Below are positions 37,268-56,638 of a DNA stretch of 64,000 bases, piece by piece. Made by a program: the position numbers and the translations under genes. The notes under the pieces are model-generated. The model was not told the origin of the DNA. It saw only the letters and a list, made by a program, of their open reading frames with translations, and ran no database searches. This stretch comes from the human T2T-CHM13v2.0 reference genome, Homo sapiens. The stretch lies in the NCBI RefSeq assembly GCF_009914755.1, contig NC_060935.1; one strand, 5' to 3'. The first letter of the stretch is position 1, and each line of letters opens with the position of its first letter.

Positions 37268-37735
37268 AATTTATGAACGATCTTGTTGGCTAAGTACTCT
37301 ATTGTTTGCTATTCTGTTTGGATGGCCCATCTTGCTGTTCCTGATTTTCTATCCTGGTTCTTATAAAGTTCTTCTGCCTGCCTAGGCATATTTTAGGTAA
37401 TAGCCATAGCTACCAATTTTACAATTCTTGTGGACCTCTCATTCTCAAATCTGCTGTAGGTTAAAGGTCAGTTCTAGAGAGGAGAAGCAGAGCATAAATA
37501 TAGTTGGGACATTACCACCTATGTAATTACGTAGACATAATTAATAACACTAGCTAGCATTTATTGAGTACTGTCTATTTATTTGTTCAGTCAGTAGATA
37601 TTCGTTGATCCTTTCTAGTCCCACGCTGGGGCTGTGCTCAGTTATATTGTTTCCTTTGTGGAGAAACAACTTTGAAAAACAGTTTCAAACTGTTTTTAAA
37701 TTAAACTCCCTATGATCTGGGAGTTTAATTCCTAG

Positions 37736-38147
<412 letters not shown>

Positions 38148-38433
38148 TGACAATACTCACGTAAAGGTGAATGGGTGAGTTAGTTGTGATATATTCACAT
38201 AATGGAATATAACATATAAAATAATGCATATGACATACTTATAAAAAGACAAAATATAAAATAACTATAGCTACAAATAATGGTAAGGATGAAGCTTAGC
38301 AGTATAATATTGAGTGCAAAAGAAGAGTCCTAGAAGACCACTTATAAGTTGACACTTTTTATAGAAAGGTAAAAATAATGGAAACTTAAGTGGTATGTTT
38401 TCTTTTTTTTGGCTAAGTTTGTGTTAGGCATAA

Positions 38434-38860
<427 letters not shown>

Positions 38861-38989
38861 TAGAGACGAGCACATAGCTAGATATAAGTAATTTTAGATG
38901 TTTCACATCTTAGGTTCATTTGTGGGTTCAGTATTTATCATGTTATTAAATAATTAATGTAAAAAGTAAAGAAATTATGTCATGTGGTA

Positions 38990-41170
38990 CAGGATGGATG
39001 AACCTTGAAGACATGCTAAGTGAAATAAGCCAGTCACAAAGAGACCAATATGATTCCACTTATATGAGATATCTAAAGTAGTCAAATTCATAGAAACAGA
39101 AAGTAGAATGATGGCTAGGGAGTAGGGGGAATTAGGGCCTATAGAGCTTCCATTTTACAAGACAAAAAAGTTCTGGAGATCTGTTACAAAATAGTAACAG
39201 ATAGTAATACATAACAGTATTGAACTGTATACTCAAAGATGAATAAAATGGAAAATTTTTTGGGTTTTGAAACCACAAAAGTAGTTTTGGTTGACACAGT
39301 GGCTTACACCTCTAATCCCAGCACTTTGGAAGACTAAGGTGGAAGGATCACTTGATTCCAGGAGTTCCAGACAAGCTTGGGCAATGCAGGGAGACCCCAT
39401 TTCTACTAAAAATTTTAAAAATTAGCTGACTGTGGTGGTGTGCACTTGTAATGCCAGCTACTTGGGAGGCTGAGGCGGGAAGATTGCTTGGGCCCAGGAG
39501 TTTAACGCTTCAGTAAACTATGATCACGTCACTGCACTCCAGCCTGGGTGACAGAGTGAGACTGTCATTTAAAAAAAGACAAAATAATAATAACTTTAAA
39601 AAATTAAAGGTGGTCCATGCATGGACTAATGATGAGAATGTTCATTAACCAAAGAATTTGAATAATTTATTTTTTTCTCTACCTAAAGTTCAAAAATAAA
39701 GCAAGAAAGAAAGCAACTACCAAGACAGGGACTTACCTTGCCTTAAGACACACTATAAGAATAGACAAACAGATCAGTGGGACAAAATGCAGATCTCAGA
39801 GATGGATGGGAATTTAATATATAATAAAGGTGTAACCACCAATCAATAAGAAGGTATTCATTGTTAAGTAGATTAGTTGAGAAAACTGACTCACCACAAG
39901 GAGAAAAATTAAAACTAGATTTGTACATAATACTGAATACAAAGGGGACTCAAGATAAAGACCTAATTATGAAAGGTAAAGTTATGAAACTAATTTTTAA
40001 AATATAAGCAGGCTGGGTGTGGTGACTCATGCCTGTAATCCCGGCACTTTGGGAGGCTGAGGGGGGCAGATCACTTGAGCCTAGAGGTTCAAGACCAGCT
40101 TGGGCAACATGGTCAAACCCTATCTCTACAAAAAATAAAAAAATTAGCCAGGTGTGATGGTGCATGCCTGTAGTCCCAGCTACTCAGGAGGCTGAGGTGG
40201 AAGGATCACTTGAGCCCAAGAGTTTGAGGTTGCAGTGAGCTGAGATCATGGCACTTGACTACATTGTGGGTAACAGATGAAACCCTGTCTCAAAATAAAT
40301 AAGTAAATGAACTTTTTTAAAAATAAAAATATAAGCAAGTAAGAAAGATTCGATAAATTTGATTTTATAAATTAAGGATTTCTGTTCTGTTAAAGATATG
40401 ATAGGCAGAGTTAACTGAAACTGAATGGAGAATAGATGAGTAATGATTAAAACTGACAGTAGATTAATATTTATCCAGAGAAACTCCTACAAATCAACAA
40501 AAGACAGCAACTCCAATAGAAAAACAGGCCAGAGATATGAACACATTTACAGGAAAGGAAACCCAAAAGGCCATTAAGCATGAAAAGAGATGCTCAGAGT
40601 CATTAGTAATTAGAGAAATGCACATAAAAATATGAGATATCACTTTACATCTATTAGGTTGGCAAAAGCTAGAAAGCTGAATAGTGCCAAGTGTTGGCAA
40701 GGATCAAAGGCTGTAGGAGCTTTCTTGTACTTTTTTGTGGGTATGGTACAGGCATTGTGGATAGCAGCATGGCATTGCTGAGTCAGCGAATATACACATA
40801 CCCTGTGACACATCCTAAGGGGATATGTAAGAGGGTGTTCACTGAAGTGTTAATTATGGCTGAACATTGAGGAGTTGGAGGCAATCTGGATATCTATCTC
40901 TGAGGGAGTAAATAGGTAAAATGTGACGGATGCATATCATGAAATTGTTTTACAGTTAAAAGCAATACATTAAGTACCTGTAGGAACTTGGGAGGACCTT
41001 AAAAGCATAGTACTGAGTGGAAAAACTAAGAAACAGAAAGATGTGTAACACAATGCCAATTAATAAAAATACAAGCAGAGAAAGCAATAAACACTTTGCA
41101 TGAACAGGTACAAACAAAAATATACATGTGAAGCACATTAGAATGTCTGGGGTGAGGAATAGTAATAAAA
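38990..41170 (+). mobile_element. Old L1 fragments with Alus 39289-39591 (+) and 40011-40305 (+)
   Basis: atggatgaaccttgaagacatgctaagtgaaataagccagtcac; catgaaaagatgctca-like motifs. Confidence 0.75.
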
Positions 41171-41450
41171 GAGAATCAGGAAGACTCCCCGGAGAATGTT
41201 GTGTAAAGGAAAGGCACTGGGATTGTTGTTGAGTAGTAGAAACATGAACTGTTTGAGATTAGCCATTAGAGCTTTTAAAAAAATGCCTCTTATGGCATTC
41301 CAAGAAATGATGGAATTATTTGATAAGGCTCTGTTTCTTTCAAACTGAATGAAACTTTTTGTCCTTCACTAGTGCAGGTTGGTGGCGCAGCCTTTTAGTG
41401 GGCATCCAATGACCACTGAGTGGAAAAACACTAGCTCTGTTCTCCTAGAC

Positions 41451-41662
41451 CAAGGTTTCTCAACAGAGGAACTGTTGGCATTTTGGGCCATATAATTCTT
41501 TTTTTCTCGGGGGCTGTCCTGTATATTATAGGATGTTTAATAGCATCCCTACCCTCTGTCCACTAGATGATACTGGCACCCTTCTGCACTTGTAACAACC
41601 AGATGTCTCCAGACTGCCAAATGTCCCCTGGGAAACAAAATCATCCCTGATGAGAAACACTG
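41451..41662 (-). mobile_element. MER20 (hAT-Charlie), near full length
   Basis: TIRs caaggtttctcaac / tgagaaacactg; 8-bp TSD tcctagac / tcctaggc. Confidence 0.88.
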
Positions 41663-41794
41663 TCCTAGGCTCTAGGACCTAGAGCAACATGGATATTGCA
41701 AGCTATGAGACTGATGATGAGCAGTATGCCAGCCCACTGAGAAGTATCACATTACTGTCCATAACTTAGGAGCTCAAGCCCAACCTTCACATTA

Positions 41795-42738
<944 letters not shown>

Positions 42739-42839
42739 GCCCTACTGACAAGGAAGAGGCCAAAGAAATAAATTTAAAAGAAGAAATATAAAATTTAAAA
42801 CAGAAAATTTTGAAAAATACAAAAAACAAAAGCCCTGTA

Positions 42840-43149
42840 TTTTTTTGTTTGTTTGTTTGTTTGTTTTTGAGACGGAGTCTTGCTCTTTCACCCAGGCCAG
42901 ACTGCAGTGGCGCTATCTCGGCTCACTGCAAGCTCCGCCTCCCGGGTTCACGCCATTCTCCTGCCTCAGCCTCCTGAGTAGCTGGGACTACAGGTGCCTG
43001 CCATCGTGTCTGGCTAATTTTTTGTATTTTTAGTAGAGACGGGGTTTCACCGTGTTAGCCAAGATGGTCTCAATCTCCTGACCTCGTGATCCACCCTCCT
43101 CGGCCTCCCAAAGTGCTGGGATTACAGGCGTGAGCCACCACGCCCGGCC
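42840..43149 (-). mobile_element. Alu (Y-like)
   Basis: TSD aagccctgt. Confidence 0.92.
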
Positions 43150-44939
43150 AAGCCCTGTTGTTTTGAGTAAGGTCATACTGTATCTAAATTTTAGATACTG
43201 TTCTTTTCAATTCTAGCAATAATAATACTTTAGATTGCTTATAGTTTAGATTTGTTGATGATTTAAAAAATACTCCACCTACTCTGTTATAGCACTTATA
43301 ATGAATTGTGGTTGGTTCTTTCTCCTCAGTAGACTTGAGTTCTTCTCATTTATTCTCTCTTGGAACCTCCTAACAGCTCTGTAAGGTAGTCAGGGTAGGT
43401 ATTTATCTTCAGTTTTCAGATTAGTAAACCAAGGTACAGAATCCTGAAGTGATTTGCTGGGAACACATGACCATTAAATTGGAGAGTTGGACCTAAAATG
43501 AAAATCTGATTCTTGGTTAAGTGTTCTTTCTGTAGGTTCCTCTCAAAGGCTTCAGGAAATTTTTGTCAATTTCTGCCTAGTCAGAAGTTTTTAATCCTCT
43601 TGAGTTTCCTTATTTAACGACTTTTGCCCAAGTCCTTTCCTTGGATCTCAGGTACTTTCTCAACCTCCTCTTAAGTCTCTTCATCATCTTGCCTCCCCAG
43701 CCTCTCCAGATTTCCCCACAAACTCAGTGAATGATGATTGGTAGGCAGCTTAAGAGACAGAAAATCTGGATTGGAAACCTAGCCCAAACCAGACTTGCCT
43801 TTTGGCTTCTGCGTAGCTCAGTTTTCATCATCTATTCAGAGTCTAACATTACTCTTTAGCTCCTTCAGGGATGTTAGGGGAAGGGATAAGTTTATGCCTG
43901 GAAAAGTATCCATCCTATTTTTGAAGTTCTCCAGGGAGAAGCTTTCATCATCTGTGTCTACTACCAAATATAGTATCTCTTCACATCTCTACCTCCTGAA
44001 CTGCTTTCCCTCCTGGAACCGGTGAGTGGCAAAATCTCCTACCTGGAAATCTTTAAAGTACTGTAGATTTTTCTTAGACCAAGATATTAGGATTACTAGA
44101 ATGTGGAATTAGAGAATTCTGACTAAGGTGGTAAGGGGTTGTAATTCACTTTCTATGAGAAGGAAAAACTTCTATCTTCAGAATATAACAAAAACTTGTA
44201 GCTGTGGTATCTTTATCAGCCTCCTTTGAGTCTCATCTACCTCTTTAGGCTCATTTCTCACACCTTCCTCAAATACTAGTTGTCTTTTCTCAAGTATACC
44301 ATGTCCCCTCATCCTGGAACACCCATCATGATGCCTTTTTCTATCTGGACCTATTGGCCATCAAGACAGAGATCAAAGGATGCTTCCTTCAGGCAGCCTT
44401 CCTTGGAGGGGGGTGGGTTCTCCACTTTGAGTGGAGTGCCTCTCCTCTGTATTTTCTTGGTCACCAGCCCTTACTCCATTAAAGCACTTAATTGTGGTTA
44501 TTTGTTTCTCCTCAGTAGACTTGTGTTCTTCAGGAGATTTTGGTTTTCATCTCTGAATTCCCCAGTCATTAGCATGGCATCCAGTAAGTGCTCAGTAAAT
44601 GTTTATTAAATGACTGCTTGACTGACTCGTTTGCTTGAAGTGGAAAAGATGGGAAAGAAGACATAGTTCTAGGTATTAGAAGAGTAGTCATAAGAAACAT
44701 GGAGTAAGTTTACTTTGTGCTCCTCTGAAAGATAAGAGTTGGACCCAGAGACAGAAGTGACACAAAGGCAGATTTTTCAGGTCAGCATCAGGAAAGAGCT
44801 GTCTAGCAAATATATTCGTATTGGAGTGGCCTGACTTATGTGGTAAGGATTACTATGTGTAGGTGTGATAGGAGGGAAACAACTCCAACCGTGTTTCTGC
44901 CTTGTAGAGTGTCCAGTAATGTGTAGTGTCTCACTAGGT

Positions 44940-45730
<791 letters not shown>

Positions 45731-46834
45731 GTTTCATTTTGTGGTTTTGATTCTTCATTTCAGCTTATTAGCTCATGGAATGTTAGGGCTAAAAGAACCC
45801 TAGAAATAAACTTTTTTCATTTTGATCTTATTTCTTCTATTTTCCATGTTCACTGCCTCCCTTTCCCTCCCCACAAGCTTTGTGCTGTCCACAGTTGGGA
45901 GGTTCTTTGTGTTTTCTTCCAAATCATTTATGAAAATATTGAGCAGAGCCATGGAGCATGTCCCAGAAACCTACCTCCAGTTGACTGCAGTCTATTTCTC
46001 AGCCTATTTTCAAGCTGATTGTTCTATTAGCTGTGGATCTCTACCTTTATTCTACTACTTGGGCTTATAGTTTCATTTCATCCACTATATTGCTTTTCAG
46101 CCAGGTATGGTGGGAGGGTGATCCCTAGCTTACAACATGAGGGGATGCAGAGGTGGTAAGATGAGAATCCTGAAAGTCAAAAGTGCCAAGCACCTGTGGA
46201 CTGGAAAGGCACCTGATGCACAGGGAAAGATATGATCTATTTTCATGAATTCTAGTTTCTCTGAGATGAAAGGGATCTGGAGGTTGTCTTATTAGAAATA
46301 ATTGTCAGGTAGTGTTGATTCCATCTCTACCAACACACCTTCTACTGATGGTTCCAGCTCTCAGTTAAGAGGCAATCCGTTTAAATGTGGACTAGCTCTT
46401 ACTGTTAGCATCTAACATCGTCATCTCAACTGTTTTAGCCTTGTGGAGGGATAAGCGGGATATTGCTATTCTTGTCCCTCAGTAAATGTTTGCTGAACGA
46501 ATCCATGAGTTAGTTTCAGGCTAGTCTTCAGCTTTGTATTTGCACATTCAGGGAGAGAAGGATGAATGGCTTTTGTGTTTCTCCTTCTACCTGGCCAAAC
46601 CCATTCCTCCTTTAGAATCATCCAGAGCTCTGCCTCTTCCAGGAAGTTTTCCTGACAGCTCCTGCCTCATCTTTCCACTGAATTCCCATGTCCGTACTTG
46701 ATGCTTTGTACTGGCCACCTAATTCATGTGTTTATATCGCATTAGCCAAGTCCTGGAGGGCCAAGGCTTTCATGCTTTCCACAGCATCAGGCACAAGTGT
46801 GCAAATTAGTGAACCAAATGTGTCTCCATAAATG

Positions 46835-46853
46835 TTGCCACGAGATGGCACTA
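46835..46853 (+). promoter_or_regulatory. Candidate CTCF motif
   Basis: TTGCCACGAGATGGCACTA resembles CTCF core CCASYAGRKGGCRC. Confidence 0.55.
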
Positions 46854-46969
46854 GAGGCCCTGCAATTGTTCTGCATAACTTTTAGCCATTTATATGCCTT
46901 CCTTAATGAAGTTTAAACATATTTACCAAGCAAAATGCCAATAAATTCTAAAGTAGAAACTGAAAAAAA

Positions 46970-47108
46970 TTTTTTGTATTTTTTTTTTTTAAGAGGTGGG
47001 GTTTCACCGTGTTGCCCAGGCTGGTCTCAAGCTCCTGGGCTCAAGCGATCCATCTGCCTCAGCCCCCCAATGTGCTCGAATTACAGGAGTGAGCCACCAT
47101 GCCCGGCC
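46970..47108 (-). mobile_element. Alu left arm / FLAM
   Basis: T-tract then ggggtttcaccgtgttgcccagg...gcccggcc. Confidence 0.88.
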
Positions 47109-49047
47109 TACAGTAGAAATTTTAAACCAAATAAAGAAACCAGGTAACTTCCCCTTTTATCACATGGTAGACTGTTCTGTTCACTCAGCTCCTCTGCCTT
47201 GCCCCTCCCCAGGAACTGGGTCCTTCCACCAGCAGCTGCTTTCTAGGCCCCAAGCAGAAGTTGGCTTTCACTCCCTAATGGAGATGGCCTGGGGACCTGA
47301 AAATGGCCTCAAATCCTTGGTTTGTGTCTTCTGATAATTTATTTTTCCTAGAAAGGACAATTAAACATTAATAAGAAATTGCTTATAACCTTATCACTTT
47401 TCGTATGTCAGTTATTTTGGTTGCCTCATTCTGGTCTTTGCTCCTTTGTATGTGTGACTTTATGCATTTTTAATCATGCAAAAGCCATAATAAGAGCTCT
47501 CATTTACTGAGCGCTTATTATGAATTATGCATCACACTTGTTTTATACATATTACTTCCATTTAAATATAAGAACTATTATATCAAATGCTTGTATTTAC
47601 TACACTGCTTATAACAAGTGCTGACATTATTAGGCACTGTTGTAAGTGCTTTCCATGCCTTAACTCATTTAACCCATACAACCTTCTGAGAATAGATACT
47701 GTTAACCCCATTTTACCATAGTTTAGAGAACTGAAGCTTTTCAGAGTTAAACGATCTGCCTAAGTTAACGCAGTAATTAGCTGTATTGGGATTCATATTT
47801 AGATAGCTTTAATTCTAAAATTTCTGATCATTTCAGTGTATCATTTCATTTTGTTCATTCTTTAATGATTCCTATTTGGACTTCTAGAAATGGTCTGAAG
47901 GCTAACAGAATCATTGAAATTAGGGTTTGATTTAGATCTTTTTCCTGCAGCTAGCCTGGTAACTCCTAGAGGACTAGAGGTCATGTTTATTTCTGTACTC
48001 CTTTTCCCATTAAATGCAAAATTAATACTTAATGGTTGAATGAGTGAGTGGGTGAACACTGCCTCTACTCTCCTAGGAAGTCTGGGATACAGAGCTAGTT
48101 GATAGAAACTTAGCCTGTTAGAACTTGAAGTGGTTTGAAAAATCAAGCCAATCCCTTCCTCCAAGAAAGGACGGAGGACCTCCTTAGGGTGACCTATTGA
48201 GTTGGAGGCAGAATGGAACTAGAACTCCGGTTTACTGGGCTTCTACTCCACCATCTGGTTTCAGAAAGCCTAATCCTGTCTCTAAATTCCCTTCTGTCTC
48301 CCCTTTTCTCCCTTTCTCTCTCTCCTCTTGTTCTCTCTTTTTTTCTCACACACAGTCTTTTTCTTTCTCTCGATGTGACTTGATATAGCTTTACGTACTT
48401 GATGTATATCTCTAGATGTAGTTTTTTCATCCTAAAATTTCAAGCCCAAAAACTACAAAACAAAGCAAGATTTTTCATTCCTCATGCCCCGACTTACTCC
48501 TAATTGTGTCTTTGTCCAACTCAGAATAGAATCCAGGATCTCTGCTTCTCTCCTCACCCAGAATGTACAGAGCTGCAGCTCATGTAGAGAAAATTACCTT
48601 GATTCACATTCCTCCTCAGAACATGCTATTGATGATTGGTGGAAAGTGGGAAAGAGGATCTTAGCGCAGGCTGGTTGTTTTAATGCAACAGCCAAGTTTT
48701 TGAAAAACTGGCAGGAGAACAGGAGTTTCTGTTTTTTTCTCAGAGAGAACAAATGTGACCAGACTATGTGATTTAATTATTCTCTGGGCCTACTGTTTTG
48801 TAAACAGCCCCATGAGCCTGTTAAAGCGAATAGCATGAAGACCAAAACCTTCCAGCCCTTCTTTCCATATGCCACCCTTTTAGTTTCATGAGTTGGGTTG
48901 CGTTTTCCCCAAATTTAAATAATCTGCAGTTGTTTGTTGTGATGTCTTTTCCTGGTGCTCCTAGTGTCTCCTAGAAAATGACACCTGGGGCATTATTTGG
49001 GTAGCCATTTGTTAGTACATCCTGGTGCTTCCACACTTTTTATGTAA

Positions 49048-49553
<506 letters not shown>

Positions 49554-49633
49554 ATCTAAGGCTTTTTCTTGCCACAGAGAAATCTATAAGAGAATGGTAG
49601 CTACAGACAACTAAACACTAAAACTGCTCTAAG

Positions 49634-49931
49634 CTGCACTACCTATTATGGTAGCCATCAGTCCCATGTGGCTGCTGACTACTTGAAATGTAGCTAGTCT
49701 GTTGTAAATGTAAAATAGATATTTGATTTCAAAGCCTTAGTACCAAAAAAAGTAAGCCATTTCATAAATAATTTTAATCTTGAATACATATTGAGATATT
49801 TTGTATATATTGGAATAAATAAAATATATCATTGAAATGAAAACCTGTTTCTTCTTACCTTTTTAAAAATGTAACTAGAAGATTTTAAACTATGTTTGTG
49901 ACTTGCATGATATTTCGTTTGGATAGCACTG
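49634..49931. mobile_element. MER33/MER3-like hAT-Charlie
   Basis: atggtagccatcagtcccatgtggct...ttggatagcactg. Confidence 0.75.
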
Positions 49932-49937
49932 GTCTAG

Positions 49938-50257
<320 letters not shown>

Positions 50258-51059
50258 GAGTAAATACTTTCTTAGTTTGCTATAGAATGCCAGGAAACTA
50301 GCCGCTCTTTCCTCTCTATATCTCTCTTTTTGTTGTTGTTTTTTTAAAAAATATTCTTTGATTTTGTTGATGGCATCAGGAAGAAAACCTCCATTATGTA
50401 TTATTTGCTATCTTTTTTTATACCTGCTACTCACTGGAGAAGGATGACATCTAGTGACAGAAGGGTGGTTGAGGAGGGAGTTAGGAGGCATTGGAGAGAA
50501 GACTAGCGATGACTTCAAATTTCTGTCTTAGAGTTAGAATTGTTTTATGCCTTTAAAAAACTTCAGCTAACAAGTCTGAGGGAAGGCTCTGAAGGAGGGA
50601 GAGTAAAACAGGCACTCTTTAAAACAGAAATGTGCCTCTCTCTGAGGGAGTCCTACTCTAGTTTTACTTTCCTCTTACTTATCGGAATTTATTGAGGACA
50701 TATCATATGCCAACAGTTTTCTAGTTTAGAGGAAGTGGGAATATGGCCCAGTCACTACCCACAAGGAGCTTACATACAGGTAGAGAATGAATTCAAGCCC
50801 AGCCGCATACTCTAGATAAGCACTATAATAATGTTAGAAAAGAAAATGCGTTTGGAGCACTAGAAAGCACTTTCTGCCTGGAAAGGAGACTAGACGGAAG
50901 GCTTCGTGTGTCTTGGATGTGATATTGTCAGGCAGAAAGGCAGGCAGGTGGGAAGGACAACCTGATGGGGACAACCTGACTTAAAGGCCTGGGGAGTGGT
51001 AGATGGCCCTCGAAATAGTAGGTCGGGGCCATACCATGGGGGATTTGACAGCCTAGCTA

Positions 51060-51362
<303 letters not shown>

Positions 51363-51526
51363 TCAAAAGGATGGACACTGAATGCAGGGAGACTAAGAAA
51401 GAGCTCATTGCAGTCAGCCAGCCAAGTGGTAGCAAGAGCTCAAATGGAAAGGAAAGAATATATCCAAGAGATAGTTGAGTGAGGGATGAAAGGGAGGAGG
51501 AGTCAAATATGGTCCTAAGTCTCTGA

Positions 51527-51829
<303 letters not shown>

Positions 51830-53075
51830 TGAGAGTTTAAGTAGTGGGAAGAGCCCAGGTTTTCCGAAGCTAATGGGTTGGAATGCATGGGAGGAGCATA
51901 GGTTTAGACTGAAAAAATTCCTGGTTTTGTCTGCCAAAATTATTTGGCATGGGGCCTCTCTAAAACAAGCTGATTGGTAGAACCCCTCCCCTATTTATCG
52001 ATTAAAAACCTCAAATATTTCTGTATAGCTTACTTTATGGTTTCAAGGTATTTTTATATTAAAGGCAAACAAAAATAAGCAAATTGTGGTGATCATTGTG
52101 GTCTCATTTTAAATGTTTTCTTCTATGAACCCTTCTCTGATCTCTAAATTAGATTTTCCATTATATTCTGTCATTGCACAGTAGTTTTCCTTCATATAAC
52201 TTACCACAATTTATAACTAAATACCGTTTTGAGTATCTATCTCCCTCACTAAACTCTAACTCTGGGATCAGGAACCACATCCATTTTGTTTGTCACTGTA
52301 TATTCAGGCCCTGCCATGGGGCCTGGCACATAGTAGCCTGCTCTGAATTTTTGTTGAATGAATGAATCTCAGCAAATTTATAATTTTCCAATAAACAATA
52401 CTTCCTTCTTGAGTCACAAAGCAGCCACTGCCTGTATAATTCTTTTTATTTTATTCAAATTCGTTTCTCATTTGATCCTCCCCACCAGCTTGTGAGGTAA
52501 TTTAATATCTGTACTCAACAGAAAAAGAGATTTTCTCATTCATTCAAATAAGCACCTACTGTGTGCCAGGCCCTGTGCTGAGTGCTGGGGATACAGAGCT
52601 GGATAAGACATGGTCCCTGCCCTCAAGGAGTACTCTGTTTAATGGAGGAGATGGACAAGAAAGCTCCTGTTGCAGTGCAGTTGGTAAGTGCTATGACAGA
52701 GGTTTGTGTAGGTCCAAGAGAGCTTGACTGGCCAGCCTCAAAGCTGTGACCACCTGATCCAAAGTCTTTCAAATTGTAGATTGCTCTTCTTCCTATTCTT
52801 CTTATGTTCTACTTTCCTGCAAGCCTTTCTCTGGCCTTCTGGAGTTTCATTGTATAAGGTAAAATAGGTGATCCATAAGTTCCTCTCTGGCTTTGGTAGT
52901 TTACTTTAAAGGCCACTGTGGAAGATACAGGATGTGGAGCCAGATGAATGTGGATTGGGACCCCTAGCCCTGCCACTTGTTCACTGTATGACCTTACCTT
53001 TCTGAGCCTTGAAGTCTTCATCCCTAAAAATGGGACAATAATTGCTACCTCACATAGGGTGATAAGATGATATGA

Positions 53076-54135
<1,060 letters not shown>

Positions 54136-54617
54136 CTCAAAGCACTTTTGTGAACATCCTTATTTATACATGTAGCATTTCATGAACATGTATTATATAC
54201 CAGGAAATGGGCTCTGTACAACCCAGTAAAAAAGGTAGCAGGGTTTTCCTGTTTTACAAAGAAAATCACCTCTCTTGTCTCAAAGAGGTGATTTGACTTA
54301 TCTGAGGTTATCCAGCTACTAAAACATCACTTAATCCATATTGAGTTTTTTGACCTAAAATTTCACATCCTTTTCACCGTGTCTCTCTCTTTTGTGATCA
54401 GTGCAAACCCTGGAGAATAGAGCTGTGTGTGTTCTTTAAGACAACACTAGAAGGAAGATATTTGGGACCTTTCCCTAGCCTGAGAAACCATCACTGCTTG
54501 CCTGGCCACAGCAAGGAGGCATGGGCAGGGAAGGACCTTGACTTTCCTCCCTAGGGTTCAGCAGGGTTGGTAGTAACCTAGTCAGCTCTCAGGAACCACA
54601 CAGGCTTGTGCTGGTTA

Positions 54618-54899
<282 letters not shown>

Positions 54900-55396
54900 C
54901 TAGTAGCTGGGATCCACCAATTAGGTTGTACACTGTCTTCATTGGCTCCTGGGGCACACTACTCCTCCTTCAGGAGCATGAACAACCCCATTCTACTTCA
55001 CCACCACCACACACTTTCATCCAACTCAAAGGTACTTCTTAAGTGCCTCTCTCCCTTCTCCCTCAGAAGAAAATTCATTTCAGAAGCAAATTCATTACAC
55101 ATCATTTCTTTCATTTTTGGCCTGTGGATAGGAGCAAAGCTGTATTCAGACTAACCGGGCCCAGGTACAAACAACCTGTAGCTCATTCTACCTCTGATTC
55201 ATCTCTTGAATTCTGTTTCTGAACAACTAGCCTTCCCTGCCTGTTAATCTTCTGAGCATAGTTGTGTTTAATACTTTTTACTTCCTCATTTGAGGTGACA
55301 TAGCTGTCTAAGGTCAGCTGTGCTCCTTCTTTGAGGCAGAAACTGCCTTTTTAGGAATCTTTTCCTTGGTCTGAAACCATGAAAATACAAAGCATA

Positions 55397-55707
<311 letters not shown>

Positions 55708-55838
55708 TACAAAGCCCTAGTTCTTGAGTATATGGAGGCATTTCTGCAGTTAAGGGAGTGAGCAGCTTTGGATAGTAACTGAAGTTGCTCAGTAAGTCCT
55801 GAGCAAAGACCCTGGTGTCCCCATTGATGTGAGAATAA

Positions 55839-56021
<183 letters not shown>

Positions 56022-56414
56022 TGAGTACCCTTTGTTTTTGTTTTTGCTGGAGTTTGGGGAGGAGTGACTGTTGAGATGTACCTCTTGTTGCAAGTCGTGG
56101 TTATTAACAGGAGGGACGTAATATCCAGGATAGGAGACTTGGGTGCTGTGGGGGGATGGGAGAAGACAGGCTCTCCATGATTTGTTCTGGCAGAAAGCAA
56201 GGAATGTCTGAATATATACAAAGTCAGAGTCCTAAATCATATTTTCCAAGGCTTTATATTTTAGTGGAAAAGTCTAGTAACCAAAGTAAGCATAATAATT
56301 ATCATAACCTGCTATCCATAATTCTATCACCTTAACAGAGCTGTTTTTCTCGTCAGTGTGTACTGTTCATTTGCAGCATCCACTCTGCATGAATGGCCTT
56401 ACGTTCAACTAGGC

Positions 56415-56638
56415 CAGGGGTTGGCAAACTGTGCCCTCTGTGCCAAATCAGCCCACAACCTGTTATTATAAAATGAAGTTTTACTGGAACATAGTCATGC
56501 CCATTCATTTATATATTGCCTGTGGCTGTTTTTCCACTAAAACAGCAGAGTTGAATAGTTGTGATAAAGACCATATGGGCTACAAAACCTAAAATATTTA
56601 CCATCTGGCCCTTTATAGGAAAAGTTTGCTGACTCTTG
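56415..56638. mobile_element. MER58A (hAT-Charlie)
   Basis: TIRs caggggttggcaaact / agtttgctgactcttg. Confidence 0.88.
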
